Below are positions 27,441 through 35,527 of a stretch of 43,389 bases of DNA, one piece after another; within the stretch, counting starts at the first letter, position 1; every line of letters begins with the position of its first letter. The stretch is from positions 1 through 43,389 of IMG/VR virus record IMGVR_UViG_2778261064_000026. One strand, given 5' to 3'. Both the position numbers and the translations under genes were made by a program. Source of the DNA: a virus. Lineage: Duplodnaviria; Heunggongvirae; Uroviricota; Caudoviricetes. The notes under the pieces were generated by a model. The model did not search any database and had not been told where the DNA came from. It worked only from the letters and a program-made list of their open reading frames with translations.

Positions 27441-29345
27441 TTAGAACGATGTTACCCAGCTACGGCCTCTATTTGGACGTCTGGCGATGTTTTGACGTTG
27501 TGGTCGTGTGATTGGCTTAGTTTCTTCGATTTGCTCGTCAGATTGCGTTTCAGGAGCTTTTACGGGTTCTTCTGGTTCACGGTTCAAACTATCTTTGATG
27601 GCTTCGAGTTTTTCCCATGACATTTTATTGAGTACATGGCGAGAAGCAGCATAGGAATAAGCCAGGCAGTCGAGAGCCTCGTTTCGTTGCTGACCAACTT
27701 TTACCCAACGTGTGGTGTTACCCTGCCGTTTCAACTGTTCAGAAAGCAATTGCTCGCAATAGTCATCAGGAACGTCGCCAATCTGGAAGACAGTGTGAGG
27801 ATCGCCATCTCTCAAATTCCGGTTAATCATTTCACGGATCATCGTTTTAAGGTTGTTTACGCCCAGAATTTTAAGGGTAAAACCACCCGTTCTTGTGTCT
27901 TTTACCGGAAGGATTGGTGCATCAACATTGCTTGCGCCTTTAATGGCGGTTAGATTTTGCCACCGACTACAGAATCGATAGATCACTTGCGTAGCTCGTC
28001 CGTTCGATGAGTCCACGAAAGCAGATAACATCGGGATTCGTTCACCGGATCGGGTATAGAATTTCGCTTTCAGGAAGTTGTAAAGCTGGTCATATGCTGG
28101 TGATTCGTGGCGTTCGCAGTTCACATCATAGAATGATCGGTGATCAACTACGCATAGCCCTTTACGAGAAATACCCAGCAAGGTAGATTCCAGACGGTCT
28201 TTTTGCTGGTCAACTCCACCAACCAGAGCCAGTACATCATCAGGAATATTGTCTAGGCTAATATCAGTTTTCAGCGTTTCTAATTCGTCGGCTGTGCGGT
28301 CTTCGTTAAGATCATCGAAGGTTTCACCGAGGACTGTATTGTAGAACGTTGCCAGGGACATATTCGCGTAGCTATCAGCAAAGTCCACCACACACGCACG
28401 GATAGAACTAAACGGAGACATAAGGCGGTTAGCATGAAAACCGATTACTTCCGCGTTTGGTTCGGTGGCGACCCATTCTCCCTTAGCAACAGCACGTAGG
28501 CGATCCCCTTCGGTCCAATCGGTTTCACATTCAGGGCAACGGTAAACGGCTGTATCTGGGTTGGGTAATGATTTACCGTTAATCGTATGCCAATCGAAAT
28601 GTACGTTACTCCATTCCATTACGTGCTTGTGTCCGCAATGCTGGCAAACGACATGATATTTTCTCTTATCCGAGAGTTCCCATTGTTGGTTAATCGCCCC
28701 ATCACGAGCGGTTGGAGTGGAAGCAATTACGATCCTTGCATCTTCCCCGAAAGTGGTTGCGCGTTGTTCCGCTAGCTGGATCGGGTTCCCTTCGTCTGAT
28801 TCATCAGCCGCATCAACTTCATCAAGAATAATCAAAGGGAGTGTCTTACCGCGCAAGTGTGATGGACTGTTCAGCGACATGAAATACATGAATGATCCAT
28901 TACGAAGCTGAATAATCGATGAGTTGTTAACAGCATTACGGTCTGATTTGTCGGTGATCATCGCTTTTAATTCTGGCGTTGCCTCTAATACTGGCTTCAC
29001 CTTACCAGCGATCCAAGAATTTAGTTCCCTAACGTTACTTTGCAACACCCCAATATTCGTAGGGTTACTCGCGATCCGATGGAAGATAATTCCGTTAAGA
29101 ATCATGGTCTTACCCAACTGCGCCGAACATTTAAACACAATTTTTCTACGGTCTTCGGTGATCGCGTCCATCATTCCACGTTGGAAGGGATGCAATTTAA
29201 TTAGCGATCCGGCTTTAACACCATCGGTTGCAACTACATTAGCCTCTACCCATTCGCTAGGTTTCATCGTTTTAGGTGGGCGAATTGCCGCAGAGATATT
29301 TTTAAGAATCTTTTTTAATTTGGCCTTATTAGAAATCAGTTTCAT
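27441..29345 (-). CDS. terminase large subunit, lambda gpA family, 634 aa from MKLISNK
   Basis: Walker A KCSAQLGKT; CQHCGH zinc motif; NTVLGETF and RNEALDCLAYSYAA segments matching gpA-family landmarks; RBS gaggg before ATG 29345; track ORF extends to 29420. Confidence 0.85.
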   Translation of the reverse strand: MKLISNKAKLKKILKNISAAIRPPKTMKPSEWVEANVVATDGVKAGSLIKLHPFQRGMMDAITEDRRKIVFKCSAQLGKTMILNGIIFHRIASNPTNIGVLQSNVRELNSWIAGKVKPVLEATPELKAMITDKSDRNAVNNSSIIQLRNGSFMYFMSLNSPSHLRGKTLPLIILDEVDAADESDEGNPIQLAEQRATTFGEDARIVIASTPTARDGAINQQWELSDKRKYHVVCQHCGHKHVMEWSNVHFDWHTINGKSLPNPDTAVYRCPECETDWTEGDRLRAVAKGEWVATEPNAEVIGFHANRLMSPFSSIRACVVDFADSYANMSLATFYNTVLGETFDDLNEDRTADELETLKTDISLDNIPDDVLALVGGVDQQKDRLESTLLGISRKGLCVVDHRSFYDVNCERHESPAYDQLYNFLKAKFYTRSGERIPMLSAFVDSSNGRATQVIYRFCSRWQNLTAIKGASNVDAPILPVKDTRTGGFTLKILGVNNLKTMIREMINRNLRDGDPHTVFQIGDVPDDYCEQLLSEQLKRQGNTTRWVKVGQQRNEALDCLAYSYAASRHVLNKMSWEKLEAIKDSLNREPEEPVKAPETQSDEQIEETKPITRPQRQNIARRPNRGRSWVTSF

Positions 29346-29430
29346 GTAATTACCCTCATTACGAAATATGAAGGTATTTATTAAATTGTTGATTTTTTGA
29401 TAAATACGGGTATTAATCAAAGGGGGTTGT

Positions 29431-30036
29431 ATGCTAATTAATCAGCAACAAAGAGATGTATTAGAATTAGCCTTTTCTTGTTGTACCGATCATGAATATC
29501 GTTTGCCAGTTAAGCACCATCACAAGAAGACTGATTACACAACATCTGGATTTAGTCGTGAGGAAGCGAAAGAGATTTTAATAGAATTTTACCGCGATAA
29601 TGGTTATACAGACGTTCACAACTTCTTTAAGAAGCATAGAACATCACATACAGAGTTCCAGAGAGTCCGAGATTGGTTTGATTTTGATATCAAGCGTTAT
29701 TATCGAGTGGATGACGGTCCGATCTATCGGTTGCAGTGGAAGCCGATCCGAGAAGTGTTGAAACAGAAGAGATTGAATCACGCAATTACACGCTATCGTA
29801 ACGAGGCTTTCAAGAAAGGCTATGGTGATACAAGGGAACTATTCGTTGAACTCGCTAACGTGCGTTATAGCCACTATTACAACGATCCTAAAGGGTTCTT
29901 TGAAGTGCTTCGCAAGGTTGATATAAGTCGGGGTACATACTATTCACGGTTGAAGAAGTACGGGATTAAGGCAGAGTTCTTTATGAGTATTGACGATGGA
30001 GAACTTTTTCCGATAAAATGTAAGTCCTCTAAATAA
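29431..30036 (+). CDS. hypothetical protein, 201 aa, with C-terminal HTH module paralogous to the small HTH proteins
   Basis: C-terminal RELFVELANVRY...GTYYSRLKKYGIK aligns with the 60-aa and 77-aa proteins; RBS aaaggggg. Confidence 0.4.
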   Translation: MLINQQQRDVLELAFSCCTDHEYRLPVKHHHKKTDYTTSGFSREEAKEILIEFYRDNGYTDVHNFFKKHRTSHTEFQRVRDWFDFDIKRYYRVDDGPIYRLQWKPIREVLKQKRLNHAITRYRNEAFKKGYGDTRELFVELANVRYSHYYNDPKGFFEVLRKVDISRGTYYSRLKKYGIKAEFFMSIDDGELFPIKCKSSK

Positions 30037-30064
30037 AGGTGAACATTCACTTTAATTTGGAGAA

Positions 30065-30298
30065 ATGACTATGACTACTAAAGCTACTCGCGGTCGTCCT
30101 TGCCGTTTTACCCGTGAACAGATGGCTGATATTGCCTATGCTTACTATACAGCGGATCGTGGTAAGGAAGCGAAAGAACAGATTCTTAGTGAACATGGGA
30201 TCTCAATCGCCCAATTCTATAAGAATATGAAGAAGTTAGACATTAAATTCTATGTTCAGATCGGTGATGGTCAGATCGTAGAAGCAACAGGTTTTTGA
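30065..30298 (+). CDS. small HTH DNA-binding protein, 77 aa (FTRE...KKLDIK family)
   Basis: RGRPCRFTREQMADIAYAYY...GISIAQFYKNMKKLDIK, transposase-OrfA/resolvase-like HTH pattern. Confidence 0.45.
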   Translation: MTMTTKATRGRPCRFTREQMADIAYAYYTADRGKEAKEQILSEHGISIAQFYKNMKKLDIKFYVQIGDGQIVEATGF

Positions 30299-30313
30299 GT
30301 TTTGATTCTCTTT

Positions 30314-30338
30314 GCCACTCTTCGGAGTGGCTTTTTTG
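30314..30338 (+). terminator. rho-independent terminator
   Basis: gccactc-ttcg-gagtggc followed by tttttt. Confidence 0.7.
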
Positions 30339-30381
30339 TATGTAAAACAATCTGAGCAAAATTGGTTAGATCACCAGATAC

Positions 30382-30410
30382 AAAAAGCCCAGCGCAATTA
30401 TGCGCCGGGC
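30382..30410 (-). terminator. terminator after Rha-family gene
   Basis: 9-bp stem with one mismatch plus U-run on minus strand. Confidence 0.5.
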
Positions 30411-30416
30411 GATTAA

Positions 30417-31241
30417 TCACAGTCCGAAGACTTCCAGTGATCCAACATTCTGGCGTAGACGTTCAGCCGCTTTATTTTGAATCAGAATAGTGTTGTTCGG
30501 CTTAGGAAGATTCAGAGTTGCTTTTTGTTCTTCTTCCAGAACACCCAATTCAACCAGCACCGGAAGCACATCAACAGTAAACTCAAGCTGGTAGTGAGCA
30601 TTCATGCGGCAGAAAGACAGAGAAGAGTCATTAGCAACATACCCACACGGCTTGTTATTTTCATCGTAGACGCGCTCAATGTAGCCAGCAGTACGCAAGG
30701 CCGTTAGTGCTTCTTTAACCTTCGTAGCGCCCTTTTTAGCGCCTAACAGACGGGTCATTGAATGGCTATCTACTGATTTGCGAACATGAAGTTCAATCAG
30801 CTTTTTATTTTCGCGAGTTTTCTTTAATGCCAGTTCGATCCAGTCTGTTTCTTCAAAGTCTGCATACGGGTTAACGGCTAAACGTTCCTGACGCAGTTTT
30901 TCATTTTCTTCTTTCAGTCGCTTCCATTCCTGAATAACAACCATTCGACGCTTAACATCGTAACCAGTGACAAGAGTCAGCGTCATTTCTTCGTCTAAGT
31001 GATATACTGGTTCTTTAACAGCATATCCTAAGTTATTGATTCTCTCGACAAATTCAGTTTTGAGCTGATCGATAATACCTAAAGATTCGTACATTTCGCG
31101 AATATCGCGCATTACATTGCTGTGCTTCTTATCGGTAAATTCAGCGATCTGACGGGAAGACATGGTCAGCGGTTTGGTGTTATCGACAACCAGAGACACG
31201 GAAGCAGTTTTAGCAGTATTCATAACGGTAACAGTATTCAT
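30417..31241 (-). CDS. Rha-family phage regulatory protein (antirepressor-like), 274 aa
   Basis: N-terminal LTMSSRQIAEFTDKKHSNVMRDIREM typical of Rha domain. Confidence 0.7.
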   Translation of the reverse strand: MNTVTVMNTAKTASVSLVVDNTKPLTMSSRQIAEFTDKKHSNVMRDIREMYESLGIIDQLKTEFVERINNLGYAVKEPVYHLDEEMTLTLVTGYDVKRRMVVIQEWKRLKEENEKLRQERLAVNPYADFEETDWIELALKKTRENKKLIELHVRKSVDSHSMTRLLGAKKGATKVKEALTALRTAGYIERVYDENNKPCGYVANDSSLSFCRMNAHYQLEFTVDVLPVLVELGVLEEEQKATLNLPKPNNTILIQNKAAERLRQNVGSLEVFGL

Positions 31242-31330
31242 AGTAAAAATTCCCCTTAAACGGTTTAATGATTTGGTCCTCCTAGTTCCGGCATCACCAC
31301 CGGAACAATTTTATTTATAATAGAAATTTA

Positions 31331-31663
31331 TTACCAATCGATTTCTACCTGATCTTCTTCGTAGTAAGGAATCGCATATTCATAACGCCAGTTTTCGATG
31401 ATTTCACGTTCTTCATTAGTAAGAAGGTGATTGCTAACTGGAGTCGCATTGTGATTACCAGCTTCGAATTGTTCGCGAACTTCCAGCATTGCATGAATAC
31501 CAGTTAAGGACATCAGATCAAACGGAACATGCATACTACGGGAGATTGTTTCACGGGATACGCCCCAATCATTTTCTACATGGCTAGGGCTTACAGAAAC
31601 GGTTTTGCCGGAGATTTTAACAGTCCAGTCATACAGGGATTTAGTGATGGTAAATTCTTTCAT
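31331..31663 (-). CDS. hypothetical protein, 110 aa
   Basis: ORF track; co-oriented upstream of Rha-family gene. Confidence 0.4.
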   Translation of the reverse strand: MKEFTITKSLYDWTVKISGKTVSVSPSHVENDWGVSRETISRSMHVPFDLMSLTGIHAMLEVREQFEAGNHNATPVSNHLLTNEEREIIENWRYEYAIPYYEEDQVEIDW

Positions 31664-31675
31664 GTTACATCCTCT

Positions 31676-31780
31676 TTACAAATCTAGGTCAAATAGGTTC
31701 AAAATTGTCAAGTGCGATAATCATAAAAAAGTCAGAAAATTTTGTCAATACCCCTTGACAAGACGCCAAAGGGTTGACCT
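31676..31780 (-). promoter_or_regulatory. promoter with overlapping operator-like inverted repeats
   Basis: minus-strand TTGACA, 17-nt spacer, TATGAT; inverted repeat TTGTCAA-N6-TTGACAA at about 31742-31761; outer pair AGGTCAA/TTGACCT. Confidence 0.4.
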
Positions 31781-31783
31781 AAA

Positions 31784-32236
31784 TTACAGCATATCTAAGC
31801 CTTCATCGTAACCGTAGAAGCCACCGTGAGAAGAGAAACAGATTGGTGTGTAGTCGTCGTCATCTTCGTCTTGTTCATCGTGTTCTGGGGCTTCCTGAGC
31901 GGGTTGTTTACCATAATCAGCCATAATCTGGTCAAGATCGGCGATCCCATAGTAAGAGCCTAAATCAACGTCATATTCACGAACATCAAACGGCAGGTCA
32001 TCACGAACAATAATTGCCGGAATGTTGTTGTATTGTTCACGACCTTCATCAGTAAAGCAGTCTACGATCACCGTAGGGCGACCATTACGTTTAAGAGCAT
32101 AGAAAGCAGTTGAGAAATTGGAGTCTTCGGAATGACGAATGATGTTATAACCACGATTAGCGAAAACATGCATCATAGCCAGATTATCATCATGGTTCAG
32201 ACCCAGAAGAATGAAAGGAGTTTTAGTATTGATCAT
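31784..32236 (-). CDS. hypothetical protein, 150 aa, with acidic C-terminal tail
   Basis: ORF track; RBS agagga; EHDEQDEDDDDY tail. Confidence 0.4.
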   Translation of the reverse strand: MINTKTPFILLGLNHDDNLAMMHVFANRGYNIIRHSEDSNFSTAFYALKRNGRPTVIVDCFTDEGREQYNNIPAIIVRDDLPFDVREYDVDLGSYYGIADLDQIMADYGKQPAQEAPEHDEQDEDDDDYTPICFSSHGGFYGYDEGLDML

Positions 32237-32497
32237 AGTGGAAATCCTCTAAAAGAAAGTGAATCAAACAAAGTACACTATTATTTATAACGAGAAATTT
32301 TTGTCTAATTTGAAAGGAATTGGTATTCAGTCGGCTTCGCCTCCTTCATAGATTTTGATTAAATCATCATCAAAACGAAGAAGTATCTTTAGAATATAAG
32401 AATCTTTCTTTTGGAGAAATTATAATCAGGAAGCAATTTAGCAACCGAAGGTTGCAATCCCGAAGGGATAACCAATACCTTTCATGATCATTAAAGT

Positions 32498-32720
32498 GAT
32501 CTAGAATCATCTAGTAACCAGTTAACTACTATTATCTTCAAAGTGATTATTACTATCTTTCTAGAATCAGTTAGTAACTAGTTTAAAAATCCCTTTCAAG
32601 AAAATCCTTTCAGAAGTGATTCTCGATGCCACGCAGTGGCGTCGCAGACGTTTGAGAGTGAGCGAAGCGAGCGAGCAAACTAGTTAATTCCTTCTAAGAC
32701 CATCTAGTATCATCTAGTTT
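32498..32720. repeat. cluster of CTAG-rich palindromic repeats
   Basis: ctagaatcatctagtaaccagttaact, ctagaatcagttagtaactagtt, catctagtatcatctagtt; palindromes AGTTAACT, AACTAGTT, TTCTAGAA. Confidence 0.4.
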
Positions 32721-32865
32721 AAATTAGTGTTACTAGAAGTAATTGGTTAGCGCTTCGCGCAGTCGGGCTACGCCCTCCTAATATCTTTTTGGTTATTTGT
32801 TGTTTTTGGTTTTACACATGAGCGTAGCGAATGTGTTATATAATATCTATGCACGCCCGATTCCC

Positions 32866-33110
32866 CGTTTTTGCCCCTCGCTAAGTTAATGTTTTATAAA
32901 GAGTTTTTCTCACCAATCCTTTTCGGGGGCAAATTTCAGGGGCAAAAATTAGATTTTCAGGGGCAATTATTGGCATTTCAGGGGCAAAAATGAGGGGCAA
33001 AATCACCGTTTCCCAGAATTTCAGGGGCAAAAATAGTAGGTTTCAGGGGCAAAAATGGGATAGTGAAATCTAGGGGATTTTGGTTCAGGGGCAAAATTCA
33101 GGGGCAATTT
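32866..33110. repeat. iteron array: nine direct copies of (T)TCAGGGGCAA(AAAT) plus one inverted copy
   Basis: GGGGCAA cores at about 32926, 32939, 32960, 32981, 32995, 33024, 33046, 33088, 33101; inverted at 32871; spacings mostly 13-14, 21-22, 42 bp. Confidence 0.65.
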
Positions 33111-33148
33111 TCATAGTGTAGTGCTAGTGTAGGTTTGAAAGTCCTTTC

Positions 33149-33177
33149 TTGACACTATGTAGGTTTGGTGCTATACT
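33149..33177 (+). promoter_or_regulatory. near-consensus sigma70 promoter P1 (TTGACA, 17 nt, TATACT)
   Basis: read directly from sequence. Confidence 0.6.
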
Positions 33178-33206
33178 TGACAATTTGAGAAAAAATGTGG
33201 TATAAT
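33177..33206 (+). promoter_or_regulatory. consensus sigma70 promoter P2 (TTGACA, 18 nt, TATAAT), overlapping P1
   Basis: read directly from sequence. Confidence 0.6.
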
Positions 33207-33626
33207 ATTTGTATTGAAAGTGAAAATTTACCGATTTTCCTTCCTATTGTTATCACCGTGTTAAATTGTTATATGTTTGTGAAGATTTGGATCTGAGAGA
33301 AAATCTTGTAACAAATCTTTACAATTCATAGCTCAATTAATGCTCACCGCTTTAGCAAAAAGTGCTATGCATTTTTCTAAATTGATTGAATAAACATCAA
33401 TTTGGTTAATTCGTGTTCTTCTCTTTAGCAATTCGTGCTGCGGTTTAACACATTTAACACGTCTGATAACATCTGAATAACATTTTAACATATCTCTGTT
33501 ATAAATACATATATAAGAGATAAATGTGAGGGGTTGAAAAATAAAATACAATCCCCATATAAATAATAGTGAGCGGTTAACGCTCTTTTTTAAGAAATCA
33601 TTAATCCAGATTTAGGAGGATTTAAG

Positions 33627-33809
33627 ATGGCACGACCTGTTAAGTTCACTCGTGAAATCGTTTTAGAAATGGCAAAGCGTTATTTTGAACTGACACCTGA
33701 TGTAGTGATGGGTGAATGGTTTAAAGGTGAAGGTATTGATCAATCAACCTTCCACAAACTCTTAAAGAAGTATGACATTAAAGTAAAGATTACCGCAGAG
33801 GTGTGGTAA
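33627..33809 (+). CDS. small HTH DNA-binding protein, 60 aa (FTRE...KKYDIK family)
   Basis: MARPVKFTREIVLEMAKRYF...GIDQSTFHKLLKKYDIK; RBS aggagga. Confidence 0.5.
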   Translation: MARPVKFTREIVLEMAKRYFELTPDVVMGEWFKGEGIDQSTFHKLLKKYDIKVKITAEVW

Positions 33810-33922
33810 TAACCTTTCACTGAGAATTATATGATGGCTTTAAAAAAGAAAAAGCCTCCCTTGTTGCAGCAAAGGAGGCTTGAAATGAACAATTAAAACT
33901 AACTTTCCACGGAGTATTTATA

Positions 33923-34864
33923 ATGTTATTTTCCGCTAACTTTTTCACTAACGAAGTAACCAACGCTAAAGCAGTTATCAAATTTGGCACCGAAGCAAAC
34001 AAGAAGATTCAGCCGAAAGTTGTTGCTCATGTTTCCTTTGCGCAGCAGAAATCCGCTTTCGCTGGCTTTAAAGCACATCGTGAAGCACTGATCGCGGCTG
34101 GCTTTGGTGTTGACGGTAAACTGCCTAACGGCATTCGTAAAGCAATCGACCGCGTTAAACCTGCTAAAGACGTTGCAGTAGACCGCATCGTTACTTTTAC
34201 CGTTAAGAACTCTTCTGAACTGTTCCACCTGGTTATTGCTGGTGATACTGCTATCGTTTCCGCTCCTAACATGGATTTTCAGGATACCGCTGATTGCCAG
34301 ATCACCTTCGGTCGTCGTAAAGAAGTTACCGGAAAAGCTAAACTGAACTTCACTAAATCCGGCAATCCTTACTTTGCTGTTTTCTTTAACAGCCACGCTA
34401 CCGAAAAAGAAGTTGTAGAACTGGTTGCTTATGAAGGTGAAGAGAAAGAACGTATTGAATCTTGCGAAGCATTTCTGGAACTGGAAGCACAGGTGAATGC
34501 TGTTTCTCCGGTTGTTGAAGATCGCTTTGCTGCACTGGAAGCACAGATCGCAGAACTGAAAGCTGCACTGGAAGAAAAAGACCAGATTATCGAAGCACAG
34601 AAAGCTGAGATTGAAGAACTGAAAGCTAAAGAAGTTGCTCCGGTAGCAGTAGTTGAAAACGCGGCTGATGAGGCCGCAAATGATGAAGTAGAAGTGAAAA
34701 TCGATGTGATGCGTGATCCGATGGCTGCACTGCAATTACTTCGTTCTTTTAAGGGCAAATCTCATTTTTCTAGTGATGTAGAAGATGAGGAAGAAGAACA
34801 GAAACGCAATGCTGCAATGCTTCATGATGAAATGTACGGTACTAACTTTTCTTACTGCCAATAA
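33923..34864 (+). CDS. hypothetical protein, 313 aa, with central coiled coil and acidic patches; likely highly expressed
   Basis: host-optimal codons (ctg, cgt, ggt, aac, ttc); first large ORF downstream of tandem consensus promoters. Confidence 0.5.
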   Translation: MLFSANFFTNEVTNAKAVIKFGTEANKKIQPKVVAHVSFAQQKSAFAGFKAHREALIAAGFGVDGKLPNGIRKAIDRVKPAKDVAVDRIVTFTVKNSSELFHLVIAGDTAIVSAPNMDFQDTADCQITFGRRKEVTGKAKLNFTKSGNPYFAVFFNSHATEKEVVELVAYEGEEKERIESCEAFLELEAQVNAVSPVVEDRFAALEAQIAELKAALEEKDQIIEAQKAEIEELKAKEVAPVAVVENAADEAANDEVEVKIDVMRDPMAALQLLRSFKGKSHFSSDVEDEEEEQKRNAAMLHDEMYGTNFSYCQ

Positions 34865-34867
34865 AAA

Positions 34868-34886
34868 AGGGACTCCGAAGAGTCCC
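34868..34886 (-). terminator. terminator-like hairpin
   Basis: gggactc-cgaa-gagtccc preceded by A6 on plus strand (U-run on minus). Confidence 0.4.
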
Positions 34887-34970
34887 TAGTAAGTTTAGGT
34901 TAGGTTTTGCACAACAAAGATGAGGTTATAATGAACATAATGCTACATTATTCTTTAAAGCCAGAAAAAT

Positions 34971-34990
34971 AACCGCCCCCGAAGGGGCGG
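34971..34990 (-). terminator. terminator-like hairpin
   Basis: ccgcccc-cgaa-ggggcgg preceded by aaaaataa on plus strand. Confidence 0.4.
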
Positions 34991-35148
34991 GAGGATTAAT
35001 ACTCAATCTATACTTGTTATGTTTTTATGTTGTATAGTCACTGACTATGAAAACACTGTACTGAATGTGTTTTATGGCTTTTAATCGGGAACTCTCTTTC
35101 GAAAATTCCCTGTTAAAACCACATAAGGAGAAATGGCAGATTACAATA

Positions 35149-35433
35149 TTATTTAGTCTGTTTGAAAACAAACGTTAAAAATTCGATTAAGCAATATACC
35201 CAGCATACAGTAAGCAGTAGATGCATAGAAATAGCCGGATGGAAGTTAAAAAGTGTCATACTAACTAGGCCAACAATATAAGAAATTCCTTCGACAATTA
35301 ACGCAAGACTAGCAAATGCAACAAACGCACCTAAGAATAATTCAGCACGTTCTCTATTTTCGGTTCCGAGTTTATAAGCAGAAATAACAGCCAGAATAGT
35401 AATGATGACAGCATAGGTAATAAAAGTAGCCAT
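35149..35433 (-). CDS. small integral membrane protein, 94 aa, about 3 TM helices
   Basis: three hydrophobic segments; RBS aagagga. Confidence 0.45.
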   Translation of the reverse strand: MATFITYAVIITILAVISAYKLGTENRERAELFLGAFVAFASLALIVEGISYIVGLVSMTLFNFHPAISMHLLLTVCWVYCLIEFLTFVFKQTK

Positions 35434-35527
35434 AGTTTTATATCCTCTTAAAAGTTAAGCGGGGGATGTTCTCCCCCGTAGACGTTGACCAGCTCAACAT
35501 CTTTCATACATTTATTTATAACGCGTT

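Noticed and set aside
29346-29430. Clear sigma70 late promoter upstream of the large terminase
   Set aside because: Only weak hexamer combinations are present in the 85-bp divergent region; late transcription probably needs an activator, so no promoter feature is reported.
32866-33110. Possible CRISPR array in the GGGGCAA repeat region
   Set aside because: Repeat units are only about 13-15 bp, spacers are irregular (about 0-30 bp) and AT-rich, one copy is inverted, and no cas genes are present.
33926-34758. Minus-strand 269-aa and 109-aa ORFs overlapping the 313-aa gene
   Set aside because: Antisense to a codon-optimised gene with promoters and RBS on the other strand; their translations are low-complexity.
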